From an uncultured Clostridia bacterium (GTDB taxonomy: Bacteria > Bacillota > Clostridia > Saccharofermentanales > Saccharofermentanaceae), in the NCBI GenBank assembly GCA_946403085.1, contig CAMIYM010000006.1, forward strand, positions 66,131 through 130,130: 64,000 nucleotides of DNA. Direction: 5' to 3'. Of the stretch, positions 28,531 to 37,705 are shown one piece after another (the first letter of the stretch is position 1; each line of letters opens with the position of its first letter). The notes beneath the pieces were generated by a model. It saw only the letters and a list, made by a program, of their open reading frames with translations. It was not told where the DNA came from and did no database searches. Made by a program: the position numbers and the translations under genes.

Positions 28531-29219
28531 GCAAACAGGCTCCACGGATAATCAAGGGGAACAGGTGCCTCAAATGTGATAATTTCACGCTTAACAGGGT
28601 GTTCGAAGGATAATTTATAAGCTTCAAGTGCAATATCTTTGACCCTTGAGTCCTTTTTGCCGTATTTCTGGTCTCCTATGAGCGGATAACCGTTATGTGC
28701 CATCTGGGCTCTGATCTGATGTGATCTTCCTGTTCCGAGCCTGACTTCCACCAGTGTAAGTCCGTCCTTTGAAGCAATAGCCTTATAATCCAGATAAGAT
28801 GCTTTATATCCCGGCTTTTCCTTATCTGATACGGTTACGATATTCTTTGATTCATCTTTGCTGATATAGTTTTCGAGCCTTCCGCTTCCCTCAAGGACTC
28901 CTTCTGTTATACAACGGTAGATCTTCTCGACCTTTCTGTTTCTTATCTGTTCAGAAAGTCTTGAAGCCGCTTTACTGGTACGCGCGAAAACCATTAGACC
29001 GGACACAGGCCTGTCGAGTCTGTGAACCAATCCCAGATAGACTTCACCCGGCTTGGAATACTTCTCCTTGATGTATTCCTTAAGGATCGTGAGCATGTCA
29101 GGCGAATTACTGCCGTCACTTTGTGATAAGACGCCGGCAGGCTTGATAGCCACGATAATGTGGTTATCTTCGTATAAGATCTTTACTCCATCACGGATAA
29201 CTGTTACTTCGCTGTCCAT
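28527..29219 (-). CDS. RluA family pseudouridine synthase (no S4 domain)
   Basis: Contains the HRLDRPVSGLMVFAR catalytic-Asp motif and GRSHQIR. I chose the ATG at 29219 (MDSEVTV). The track ORF starts at a TTG at 29249, and neither candidate has a strong SD. Confidence 0.8.
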   Translation of the reverse strand: MDSEVTVIRDGVKILYEDNHIIVAIKPAGVLSQSDGSNSPDMLTILKEYIKEKYSKPGEVYLGLVHRLDRPVSGLMVFARTSKAASRLSEQIRNRKVEKIYRCITEGVLEGSGRLENYISKDESKNIVTVSDKEKPGYKASYLDYKAIASKDGLTLVEVRLGTGRSHQIRAQMAHNGYPLIGDQKYGKKDSRVKDIALEAYKLSFEHPVKREIITFEAPVPLDYPWSLFA

Positions 29220-30112
29220 CTTGCAGTCTGGCCGCACGGGAGCAGGCAATCCATCTTAGACACGGGAAGCATGAGTTCTTCTGCATCTACCTGGCCACCC
29301 GGTATAGCAAGTTTAAGTATCTGGCCTGATGCCTGGGCTGTTATTCCGGTGGCATAAGAACTTGCAATGAAGAACAAAGGATCGTCTGATATGAGGTTGG
29401 CGCAAAGCTTGACCAGATCATAAAAGGAATCCTCAAGCTTCCATAGTTCACCGGACGGGCCCCTTCCATATGAAGGCGGATCCATGATTATGCCGTCATA
29501 CTTACGGCCGCGGCGGATCTCACGCTCTACGAACTTCATGCAGTCTTCAGCAATGAATCTTACATAGCGGTCCTCAAGACCGGACTCTTTGATATTCTCT
29601 TTTGCTCTGGCGATCATGCCTTTGGAAGCATCGACATGAACGACTTCATCTGCGCCGTGAGCAGCACAGGCAAGTGTCTGGGCTCCCGTGTAAGCGAACA
29701 TGTTCAGTATTCTGATATCCTTCTTCCCTGAAGCTTTGGCCTTTTCGATCAGGTCACCGCAGAAATCCCAGTTGGAGGACTGCTCCGGGAAAAGACCCGT
29801 ATGCTTAAATGCCGTAGGTTCAATTATGAATGTAAGTTCCTTGCCAAGCGAATCATACTTTATCTTCCATGTTGAAGGATAACTCTTGAGCTTTGTCCAT
29901 GAGCCTCCGCCCTTGTCACTTCTCGTATAGTAAGCATGGGGCTTATCAAGTCTGTCCATTGAGGTCTCTTTACCGTCTTTTATAACCGGCCAGACTGCCT
30001 GGGGATCGGGACGCCTTAATATAACGTCTCCCCAACGCTCATATTTCTCACCACCGCCAGCATAAAGCAGTTCATAATCTTTCCAGTTGCCGGATACAAA
30101 CATATTACTCAA
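29204..30112 (-). CDS. class I SAM-dependent methyltransferase (RlmI/RlmK-like C-terminal catalytic domain)
   Basis: Contains LNMFAYTGAQTLACA (motif I) and IIMDPPSYGRGP (DPP motif IV), typical of m5C/m2G rRNA methyltransferases. Confidence 0.7.
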   Translation of the reverse strand: MSNMFVSGNWKDYELLYAGGGEKYERWGDVILRRPDPQAVWPVIKDGKETSMDRLDKPHAYYTRSDKGGGSWTKLKSYPSTWKIKYDSLGKELTFIIEPTAFKHTGLFPEQSSNWDFCGDLIEKAKASGKKDIRILNMFAYTGAQTLACAAHGADEVVHVDASKGMIARAKENIKESGLEDRYVRFIAEDCMKFVEREIRRGRKYDGIIMDPPSYGRGPSGELWKLEDSFYDLVKLCANLISDDPLFFIASSYATGITAQASGQILKLAIPGGQVDAEELMLPVSKMDCLLPCGQTARWTAK

Positions 30113-30683
30113 CCCTCATAACGTCAGTCTTAGCGACCTCAATGCCGTCATACAATAATACAACAGTATAACTGCCGGCATCAAAAGTACCAAGTCCTTC
30201 CAGACCTGCGCTGAAATCACATCCGCAGGTCACATCCCTGTCGCTCTTAACTTCACACTTAAGAATCGTCTCTCCGTCCTTGCAAAGCCTTGCTTCAAAG
30301 ACCGCAGTCACAGGTTCCGAAAAATAGAAGACCCCCTTAAGAGCAAACGCCTTTTCCGAAGAGATCGAGTCATAATCAGCGGGATTGCCGCTAACCACAT
30401 CATACCAGACTGAATGAACCAGAATACTTTTAATAAAATCCGCATCAGCAGCTTTGTTATCAAAAGCCTCTGAAGTATAAGATCCTGTTGGCTCCAAGGA
30501 TTCGTATGATGCATCAGGATCACGGCCAAATGGATCATTTGTTGCAGTTGAAGAGTTACCCGGCTCCTTACCGTTAAGAATGTCCTTGAGCATGGAACAG
30601 GAAGTAATCCCGCAAAGGAGCGGCACAAGCACGAGTGCTGCAGCGATCCTTATAAAGATACGGGTATGCTTCTGATTAACCAT
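30105..30683 (-). CDS. hypothetical lipoprotein, short paralog of the two upstream lipoproteins
   Basis: I prefer the ATG at 30683 (GAGAGGA RBS). The signal peptide is MVNQKHTRIFIRIAAALVLVPLLCGITSC. The C-terminus (GSYTVVLLYDGIEVAKTDVMRV) matches the repeat found in the neighbours. Confidence 0.5.
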   Translation of the reverse strand: MVNQKHTRIFIRIAAALVLVPLLCGITSCSMLKDILNGKEPGNSSTATNDPFGRDPDASYESLEPTGSYTSEAFDNKAADADFIKSILVHSVWYDVVSGNPADYDSISSEKAFALKGVFYFSEPVTAVFEARLCKDGETILKCEVKSDRDVTCGCDFSAGLEGLGTFDAGSYTVVLLYDGIEVAKTDVMRVE

Positions 30684-30717
30684 ATATCCTCTCAGAGTGA
30701 ACGGTTGGCCGGCAATA

Positions 30718-32085
30718 TCACTTCTTCTTTCCCAAAACATCCTGGCTCTTTTCCTTAACGACCATACATGCAGCCGTAAGGACAATGTGCTTTTTCGATG
30801 AATCGCTGTAAACTACGACTCCATAGAATCCGGGATTGAACTTATCTGCTTTATAGTCGATGTCATAGCAGGCCTGATCATCATAGATAGTCGGTTTGCA
30901 GGATGAGGAGAATACCGGCTTGGACTTGTTTACATTCTTAAAATCAGCATCCTTACAATAGTAATAATCATAGAAAAGCTCAGTTTCACTATCAGGATTT
31001 ACTGCAAGCGAGAAGCCAAGCGTCTTTGTATTGGAAGCAAAGGCACTCTTTCCTACGGAAGTGCCGTCATAATCCCACCAGCCGGACTTGTCAGCGAAGG
31101 ATATTTCCTTAAGACTGTTATCCTTGATCTCATTTACCTGGTGCGAAAGATAATAGTCGTTCTTGAACTTCTTAAATGCGAATGTCTCCTGCTTTAATTC
31201 AACTGCATTTACCTTGCATTTAAATTCGGCGATCTCATTCTCAGAATCGTCATAGACTGTAAATGTATAATCTCCCGGAAGCAGGAACCCGTCAGCATTA
31301 AACGATGTCTGCTCCGTCATGTCAGAATTGAAATCCAGTCTTACAGTACCGTTATCGAGGCCTAAAGCCTTGGATTCATAAAGGATGTCGTTATCTCTTT
31401 TTACAGAATAGACTATTCCCGGAACGAATCTGTATTTGAAGACATCTTCTTTGAAATTCACCCTTATGCCGATTTCTTTGGTATTCGTATACTCACCATT
31501 GGGGGCAAGGACAAGACTTCCATCAACATAGAAATCAGATAATTTGCCCGGCATGATGCGGTTGTCATCAGATGTGTAAGCATAGACTGCATCAATGACT
31601 TTCTTGGCATCCAGGATCTTGGGAGCTTCACCGCTGAGGTCAACAGTTACGGGAACTGTTATGGTCTTATCCTCGACCTTAGCCATTGCAGAATCAAAAT
31701 CAGCAATAGTAGCCGCACTTCTAACCGGCTCTTGAGAATAATCAGCTTCACGCCAGGACAGATAGACAGTAGCAGTCTTCGTCTGCTTATCAACAACAGG
31801 ATCCTGAACCGTATAACTTATGGTGCTGTTAATAGCCTTAAGGTAATAAAGCTGGGCAGAATTAAGATCTGACGGTTCAATTATCTCCTTCAAAGCTTCT
31901 TCAGTAACATCCGTTCCCTGAAGATATGTCATGAGCTTTGCAGTATCACCGGACTTAACATCTTCACAGAAAGCCTCACAAAGAGCTCTGGAACCGTCAT
32001 CTTTTTCAGGCTCGCAGGCACATACCGAAAAGGCAATGCATACTGTAAGCAAAAGTGCTGTTATAGTTTTTGTATAATTACGCAA
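30718..32085 (-). CDS. hypothetical lipoprotein (455 aa)
   Basis: Signal peptide and lipobox: MRNYTKTITALLLTVCIAFSVCAC. It carries two copies of a G-x-Y-x-hydrophobic-V-Y beta-rich repeat (GDYTFTVYDDSENEIAEFKCKV; GFYGVVVYSDSSKKHIVLTAACMV). I recognise no enzymatic motif. Confidence 0.6.
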   Translation of the reverse strand: MRNYTKTITALLLTVCIAFSVCACEPEKDDGSRALCEAFCEDVKSGDTAKLMTYLQGTDVTEEALKEIIEPSDLNSAQLYYLKAINSTISYTVQDPVVDKQTKTATVYLSWREADYSQEPVRSAATIADFDSAMAKVEDKTITVPVTVDLSGEAPKILDAKKVIDAVYAYTSDDNRIMPGKLSDFYVDGSLVLAPNGEYTNTKEIGIRVNFKEDVFKYRFVPGIVYSVKRDNDILYESKALGLDNGTVRLDFNSDMTEQTSFNADGFLLPGDYTFTVYDDSENEIAEFKCKVNAVELKQETFAFKKFKNDYYLSHQVNEIKDNSLKEISFADKSGWWDYDGTSVGKSAFASNTKTLGFSLAVNPDSETELFYDYYYCKDADFKNVNKSKPVFSSSCKPTIYDDQACYDIDYKADKFNPGFYGVVVYSDSSKKHIVLTAACMVVKEKSQDVLGKKK

Positions 32086-32109
32086 TAAAATACTGATACC
32101 TCACATTTA

Positions 32110-32138
32110 AGTGGCGCCCTCTTTGGAAGGGCGCCACT
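32110..32138 (-). terminator. GC-rich intergenic hairpin between two lipoprotein genes (possible terminator or attenuator)
   Basis: AGTGGCGCCCT-CTTTGGA-AGGGCGCCACT forms a perfect 11-bp stem. The minus-strand tail (TTAAATGTG) is only weakly T-rich. Confidence 0.4.
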
Positions 32139-32185
32139 CTTATTTGACTTATTATATCAAAAACTCTCTTCAGTCAATCTGTAAG

Positions 32186-33523
32186 TTATTTAACTCTGCA
32201 GTAACCTAAAGCAACGATAGTATTTGTACCGGCTTTCGTAACTACGAAGAGATATGTTCCGGTCTTAGGCTGACCATTGAAGCTATATTCAAGATCAATG
32301 TATTTACCATTTGTAAACTGCTTAGGAGCTGCTGATCCTGAGTAGATAGGAGTCTTAAGAGCTGCCTCGAGAGAAGCCGCATCTTCCTTCTCTGCATAGT
32401 AATACTTGTAATCAACAGCGTATGTGCATGTATCAACAACCTGGAATGTGAAAACGACCTTCTTTGCATTTGTATTGTATGTCTTGGCATCAGTTCTTGT
32501 GTTATCAACGTTAAGCCATCCGCATGCAATTACATTGCTCTTAAATTCATCGTTTCTGAAGTTGTAGAAATCGCCTTCACCAGGGAGCTTGCCATTGGTA
32601 TTCTTCTTCGCAGGTGACTGATCAACAGTAACTGAAACAGAATCAACGAGCTTATCACCGTCATCAGCCTTCATATAGAGATCCAGCTTATAGTTACCCT
32701 TCTCAAGATATGAATTCTTCTTGAGACCAAGCTGCTCTTCGGTTACCTTGCACTTATAATTGGTTGTCTCACCGAAAATAGACTCAGGGCTTGTAAATAC
32801 AGCCTTGTCATCCTTGGAAAGAACAAAGTAGATCTTAGTGCCGCGATCCTTATATTCAAGGGCCTCGGATTTGAAGTAGTAGTTATACTCAATGTAGTTA
32901 AGGTCTGTGATCTTGCCGTCCTTTTCGAGCCAGAAACCACACATATTCCTGTCGATAAAGCCCTTGATCATATCAGGTGTAAGGCCAAGCTTGATCTCAG
33001 CAGATCTGTATTCAAAGATCTTAGCGAACTTCTTGCTGGTAAGGTTATCGACAACCCATTCCTTGTCCTGCTTAACGAACTCTGCAGTGAACTTGATCTC
33101 TTTTGTATCAGCCTTCTTAATTGCAGCTGTAAGCTCATCGATCTTTGTATACTTCTCTTTGAGAACTGCAGCATAGTCAGCAATTGTGAATGTGATATCG
33201 ATAGAAGCTTCACCCTTCTTTATAGTCAGGGATTCCTGATCGACCTCATATTCAATAGTCTTCTGCATCGCTTCACAGAAAGCCTTCTGATCATCTGAAA
33301 GATTAGCATCTGACAAGAGATCTGAAATAGTTGAATCATCTTCATCAAGAGAAGAATTCTCGATGAGAGCATCAGCATCAACAGAAGCTACATTGGAAGC
33401 AAATGTTTCTGCAGCTTCAAGAGCTGCTTTCTTGCCGCCAAAATCAAGGCAGCCGGCAAAGCCAAGCATAATTGCACCTGTCATGAAAACAGATACAGCT
33501 TTCTTAAATGTGTACTTTTTCAC
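32186..33523 (-). CDS. hypothetical lipoprotein (445 aa), paralog of 30718..32085
   Basis: Signal peptide and lipobox: MKKYTFKKAVSVFMTGAIMLGFAGC. It has the same two-repeat layout (GNYKLDLYMKADDGDKLVDSVSVTV; GTYLFVVTKAGTNTIVALGYCRV). Confidence 0.6.
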   Translation of the reverse strand: MKKYTFKKAVSVFMTGAIMLGFAGCLDFGGKKAALEAAETFASNVASVDADALIENSSLDEDDSTISDLLSDANLSDDQKAFCEAMQKTIEYEVDQESLTIKKGEASIDITFTIADYAAVLKEKYTKIDELTAAIKKADTKEIKFTAEFVKQDKEWVVDNLTSKKFAKIFEYRSAEIKLGLTPDMIKGFIDRNMCGFWLEKDGKITDLNYIEYNYYFKSEALEYKDRGTKIYFVLSKDDKAVFTSPESIFGETTNYKCKVTEEQLGLKKNSYLEKGNYKLDLYMKADDGDKLVDSVSVTVDQSPAKKNTNGKLPGEGDFYNFRNDEFKSNVIACGWLNVDNTRTDAKTYNTNAKKVVFTFQVVDTCTYAVDYKYYYAEKEDAASLEAALKTPIYSGSAAPKQFTNGKYIDLEYSFNGQPKTGTYLFVVTKAGTNTIVALGYCRVK

Positions 33524-33620
33524 TTAATTACCCTCCCTTAAGTAGGTATTAATCAATTTTATCTTTATTTCGATAAAATAACAACTGAATTCATAATTAT
33601 ATTTGATTTGCCAAATCTGT

Positions 33621-33650
33621 TTGCACAAGTAACTAAAAGAATAATATAAT
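33621..33650 (+). promoter_or_regulatory. candidate promoter for the two-component operon
   Basis: TTGCAC, an 18-nt spacer, then TATAAT. It lies 28 nt upstream of the response-regulator ATG, which has a GGGGGA RBS. Confidence 0.45.
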
Positions 33651-33678
33651 AAATACATTATTACGGGGGAATCTATAT

Positions 33679-34365
33679 ATGGCTTTAGCACCTAATATCT
33701 TAATATGTGACGACGATCCTGTCGTTCACGAATCTTTAGGCTTATATCTCGACAATGATAATTTTACACATTCCGATGCCTATGACGGCAGGGAATCACT
33801 TGAAATGGCTCAGGCAACCAAGCCTGACCTCATTCTTCTTGATGTCATGATGCCTGAGATGAGCGGTCTTGATGTATGCCGAGAGCTTAGAAAGACCATG
33901 GCTACACCTATTATCATGCTTACAGCAAAGGGTGAAGAGATCGACAAGATCGTTGGTCTTGAACTTGGTGCGGATGACTATATCGTTAAGCCCTTCTCTC
34001 CCCGTGAGGTTATTGCCCGAGTTAAAGCCGTTCTCCGCCGTTTTGGCGATACACCCAAGCCCTCTTCTGTTCTTACATTTGAAGGACTTGAGATCAATCT
34101 TAATAACTACGCCGTAAAATCCAATGGAGAAGGCGTTCCCTGCACTCCTAAGGAAGTTGAGATCCTTTATCTCCTAGCTTCTCACCCAGGTCAGGTATTC
34201 GGACGTGACCAGATTCTGGAAGCTGTCTGGGGCGTGGATTACAATGGTGATTCCAGAACCGTTGATACACACATCAAGAGGATCAGACAGAAGATAACCT
34301 ACGATAATGCTCCTTGGGCTATCCAGACGATATACGGTATCGGTTATAAGTTCGAGGTCTCATAA
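33679..34365 (+). CDS. OmpR/PhoB-family response regulator
   Basis: The receiver domain has DD..D57-like LLDVMMP and a conserved K (VKPF). The C-terminus is a winged-helix domain (RTVDTHIKRIRQK). Confidence 0.9.
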   Translation: MALAPNILICDDDPVVHESLGLYLDNDNFTHSDAYDGRESLEMAQATKPDLILLDVMMPEMSGLDVCRELRKTMATPIIMLTAKGEEIDKIVGLELGADDYIVKPFSPREVIARVKAVLRRFGDTPKPSSVLTFEGLEINLNNYAVKSNGEGVPCTPKEVEILYLLASHPGQVFGRDQILEAVWGVDYNGDSRTVDTHIKRIRQKITYDNAPWAIQTIYGIGYKFEVS

Positions 34366-36170
34366 TGTTCCAAAGTACGCTTCTTAAGCGAACAATGTCT
34401 CTTGTCGTCTTGTCACTCGTGGCTTCGGCCATTCTTGCGACGATAGCTTTTATTGTTGCCGGAAGGATGACAACTCTGAGAATTGAAGTTGAGAACGCGA
34501 CCAAACAGGATTACAAATACAAAGACATCTTCACTGCTCACCCTGAGTATTTCGATAATGTAGATTTCAGGCTTTTGTTCTTCAACACCAGTTACGCATC
34601 CGGTCATGATTACTATCTTGTCAACATGAACGGTGAGATATTGAACTGCACAAGTATAGAGAACAGAAATCTCAAAGCAAGCGATACGACTGTCTTCCTG
34701 CCTCTTCTCAACCAACTTAATTATGAAGAGAGCAACGGAATGGAGTTCTATATTGACGATACCCTTAAAGTCGAGGACATGATCATCGTATCAAGGATCC
34801 CCGTAATTATTGATGGAAATCCGTATTATCTCTATTCCCTTTCTTATCTGAATGGATATAACGATCTTATCGTCAAATATCTCAATATACTTCTTCTCTC
34901 GACTTTGATGGCAGCTTGCGCCATGCTCGTTCCTGCATATGCATTCGTCAGCCGAATGGTTCTCCCTATCCAGAAGATCAACGAAGTCGCTATGGAATAC
35001 GGTAAAGGAAACTTCAATGCCAGAGCCGATGAGACACACAAGGGTGAGATCGGTGAGCTCGGTCAGTCCTTCAATTACCTTGCTGACAAGCTCTCCAAAT
35101 CAATCAGCGACCTTACTGCAGAACGTAACCAGCTGCAGGATATTTTCGATATTATTTCTGACGGTATCGTCGTAGTCGACAGTTATTCTGTACCGGTTAC
35201 CACTAATAAAGCCATACATAAGCTTTTCGATCGTGCCGAAAAGAACAACATGTTCACCGAGCGTCTCCAGCTCATTCCTTTCGATGAGGTCTGGGCAGAC
35301 TTTGAAGACTGTATTGCCACAGGTGAGACAAAGACAAGACAGATCGATAACAGAGACTATGCTTACCAGTGCACAATTATTCCTAAGTACGATTCAACAG
35401 ATCCGGAAAAGATCATCGGTGCCACGGGATTCTTCCGTGATATCTTCGAAGAACAGAAGAATGAACGTTTCCGTCAGGACTATGTTGCAAACATCTCTCA
35501 CGAGCTCAGAACTCCGCTTCAGACTCTGAGAGGTCTTATCGAACCTCTTTCTGACGGAATGGTAAAGAAGGAAGCTGACCGTCAGCGTTATTACCAGATC
35601 ATCTTAAACGAGACAATGAGACTGTCACGTCTTATCGACGACATGTTGGAGCTCTCCAAACTACAGTCCAGAACGCTCGCCTTCAAGACATTCCCCTTTA
35701 ATATTAATAACCTTATCTCAAGTATCGAGATCAGATTCAAGCCTATCATGAAGGAGTCAGGCATCAAGTTCTCCGTACAGAACAATTATGGTGAGCTTCC
35801 GACCGTTATGGGTAACCCTGACCGTGTTGAGCAGATTCTCGTCATCCTTCTGGATAATGCAAAGAAATATACTCCTGCAGGAAAGAGCATCACTATCCTG
35901 ACAGACTATATCGAGGCCGAGAAGAAGGTCTATATCTCTGTCGCTGACACAGGACAAGGCATCCACGAATACGATATCGGCCATATCTTCGACAGATTCT
36001 TCAAAGCTGACAGAGCACGTGGTAAGAAGGGTTCCGGATTAGGTCTTTCCATCGCCAAGGAGCTTCTTACCTACATGGGTGAGACAATCACTGTTAACAG
36101 TAAGTATGAGGAAGGTTCCACATTCACCTTCACTTTGACCAAGGCAGAGGTTCCGGATGTCTGGGACTGA
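34365..36170 (+). CDS. sensor histidine kinase (2 TM segments, extracytoplasmic loop, HAMP, PAS-like, HisKA, HATPase_c)
   Basis: The H-box is ANISHELRTPL, the N-box LLDNAKKYT and the G-boxes DTGQGI and GSGLGLSI. The start overlaps the RR stop (TAATG). Confidence 0.9.
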   Translation: MFQSTLLKRTMSLVVLSLVASAILATIAFIVAGRMTTLRIEVENATKQDYKYKDIFTAHPEYFDNVDFRLLFFNTSYASGHDYYLVNMNGEILNCTSIENRNLKASDTTVFLPLLNQLNYEESNGMEFYIDDTLKVEDMIIVSRIPVIIDGNPYYLYSLSYLNGYNDLIVKYLNILLLSTLMAACAMLVPAYAFVSRMVLPIQKINEVAMEYGKGNFNARADETHKGEIGELGQSFNYLADKLSKSISDLTAERNQLQDIFDIISDGIVVVDSYSVPVTTNKAIHKLFDRAEKNNMFTERLQLIPFDEVWADFEDCIATGETKTRQIDNRDYAYQCTIIPKYDSTDPEKIIGATGFFRDIFEEQKNERFRQDYVANISHELRTPLQTLRGLIEPLSDGMVKKEADRQRYYQIILNETMRLSRLIDDMLELSKLQSRTLAFKTFPFNINNLISSIEIRFKPIMKESGIKFSVQNNYGELPTVMGNPDRVEQILVILLDNAKKYTPAGKSITILTDYIEAEKKVYISVADTGQGIHEYDIGHIFDRFFKADRARGKKGSGLGLSIAKELLTYMGETITVNSKYEEGSTFTFTLTKAEVPDVWD

Positions 36171-36867
36171 TTCTGAAGGCATAAGACTCAACAAATATAT
36201 CGCGTCATCAGGACTTTGCTCACGCCGCGAAGCCGATACTCTTATCGAGAACGGCAAAGTAACTGTCAACGGTGAAGTTGCTGTTCAGGGAACCAAAGTT
36301 AATGAGGACGATGTCGTTCTTGTAAACGGCAGGAAGATCACGCCTGACGACGACATGATCTATATAGCCTTTAATAAACCTTTGGGCGTAACCTGTACAA
36401 CAGATAAAAGGGATCCTTCTAACATAATCGACTATATCGGATACAGCGAACGGATCTTCCCTGTAGGACGTCTTGATAAGAATTCATCAGGTCTGATCCT
36501 TCTTACCAATGACGGATCCATAGTAAACAAGCTTCTTCGTGCCGAGAACGGGCATGAAAAGGAATACCTTGTAACGGTAAACCGCCCTTACGACAAGGAT
36601 TTTGTCCGTTCAATGGAAAAGGGTGTTCCTGTATTGGGTCAGCTTACTCTTCCCTGCAAGCTCAAGCCCTGCGGTGAAAAGAGCTTTAAGATAATCCTTC
36701 ACCAGGGATTAAACCGTCAGATCCGCCGCATGTGCGAGTATCTGGGTTATAAAGTCACAAGGCTTAAAAGGATCAGGTTCATGAATATCGAGCTGGGAGA
36801 TCTTGAGACCGGAAAATGGCGTTATCTGACCGCTGCAGAGAAAAAGGAACTTCTGAAGGATATTTAA
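36157..36867 (+). CDS. RsuA/RluB/RluF family rRNA pseudouridine synthase with an S4 domain
   Basis: Contains RLNKYIASSGLCSRREADTLIENGKVTVNG (S4), the VGRLDKNSSGLILLTNDG catalytic motif and NRQIRRM. It overlaps the HK 3' end by 14 nt. Confidence 0.8.
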   Translation: MSGTDSEGIRLNKYIASSGLCSRREADTLIENGKVTVNGEVAVQGTKVNEDDVVLVNGRKITPDDDMIYIAFNKPLGVTCTTDKRDPSNIIDYIGYSERIFPVGRLDKNSSGLILLTNDGSIVNKLLRAENGHEKEYLVTVNRPYDKDFVRSMEKGVPVLGQLTLPCKLKPCGEKSFKIILHQGLNRQIRRMCEYLGYKVTRLKRIRFMNIELGDLETGKWRYLTAAEKKELLKDI

Positions 36868-36880
36868 ATAATGAATGATT

Positions 36881-36907
36881 AAGGGCCGGTTCAAATAACC
36901 GGCCCTT
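36881..36907. terminator. bidirectional hairpin between convergent genes
   Basis: AAGGGCCGGTT-CAAAT-AACCGGCCCTT forms a perfect 11-bp stem. It lies between the + strand pseudouridine synthase and the - strand membrane protein. The U-tracts are short on both sides. Confidence 0.5.
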
Positions 36908-36933
36908 TAAAGTAAAACACATTTAAATACGAA

Positions 36934-37689
36934 TTATTCTTCTGACTTTTCTTCGTCTGCAGATTCTTCCTTGGCAGCTTCAGCAGCTTCATTTGCAGCC
37001 TGCTCTTCAGCTCTCTTCTTAGCCTCAGCTTCTTCATCAGCCTTCTTCTCAGCCTTGGTCTCTTCGATTACAGCATCTATGTCAGTAGAACCTGTATCAG
37101 CTTCGTCCTTCTCATAGTAGAACTTAACCTTGTCTTTGCTGTTCCTTGCACCGTATGCTTCAGCGATTGCAAAGCACTCTTCACGAAGCTGCTTAAAGTC
37201 ATCAACTGATTCAAGATCTGTTGAAGATGTCTGATAGCAAGCATCTTCGAAAACGTCATCAAGTACAAGATAGTATGTTGCATCCTTCTTGAAATTCTTA
37301 TCAATAAGAGCCTCTGCCTGATCAGGTGCACCATCTCTTCCGTCGAAGTTCTCGAAAGGAATTGCGATCTTGCTGTAACGGTATCTGAGTACGACATTCT
37401 TCTCGTTGTAATCAACAGCTACACGGAACTTTGCGATAAGGAAAGACTGAGCAAAAACAAGAAGGCTGATAAGAGCGGAAAGACATCCGACAACCAAAAG
37501 GCCGATCTTGATGATGTAATTGTCATTAACCTTAAGAAATCCTATACCTAAAAGGAATAAACCGATTATGAAGAAGATTACAGAAACGATCCTGTTACGT
37601 GTGATCTTCGAAGGATTTGCAGGATAGCAATGCACACCTTCTTTGGGCAGCTTTTCAATTAGTTCTTTGTTCTCGAGTTCGTTATTCAT
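36934..37689 (-). CDS. hypothetical membrane protein (2 TM segments) with an acidic, Lys/Glu/Ala-rich C-terminal tail
   Basis: Two hydrophobic helices (IVSVIFFIIGLFLLGIGFL and IGLLVVGCLSALISLLVFA) are followed by a soluble domain and a low-complexity KAEKKADEEAEAKKRAEEQAANEAAEAAKEESADEEKSEE tail. I recognise no family. Confidence 0.5.
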   Translation of the reverse strand: MNNELENKELIEKLPKEGVHCYPANPSKITRNRIVSVIFFIIGLFLLGIGFLKVNDNYIIKIGLLVVGCLSALISLLVFAQSFLIAKFRVAVDYNEKNVVLRYRYSKIAIPFENFDGRDGAPDQAEALIDKNFKKDATYYLVLDDVFEDACYQTSSTDLESVDDFKQLREECFAIAEAYGARNSKDKVKFYYEKDEADTGSTDIDAVIEETKAEKKADEEAEAKKRAEEQAANEAAEAAKEESADEEKSEE

Positions 37690-37705
37690 AACAACTCCTC
37701 CTTTT

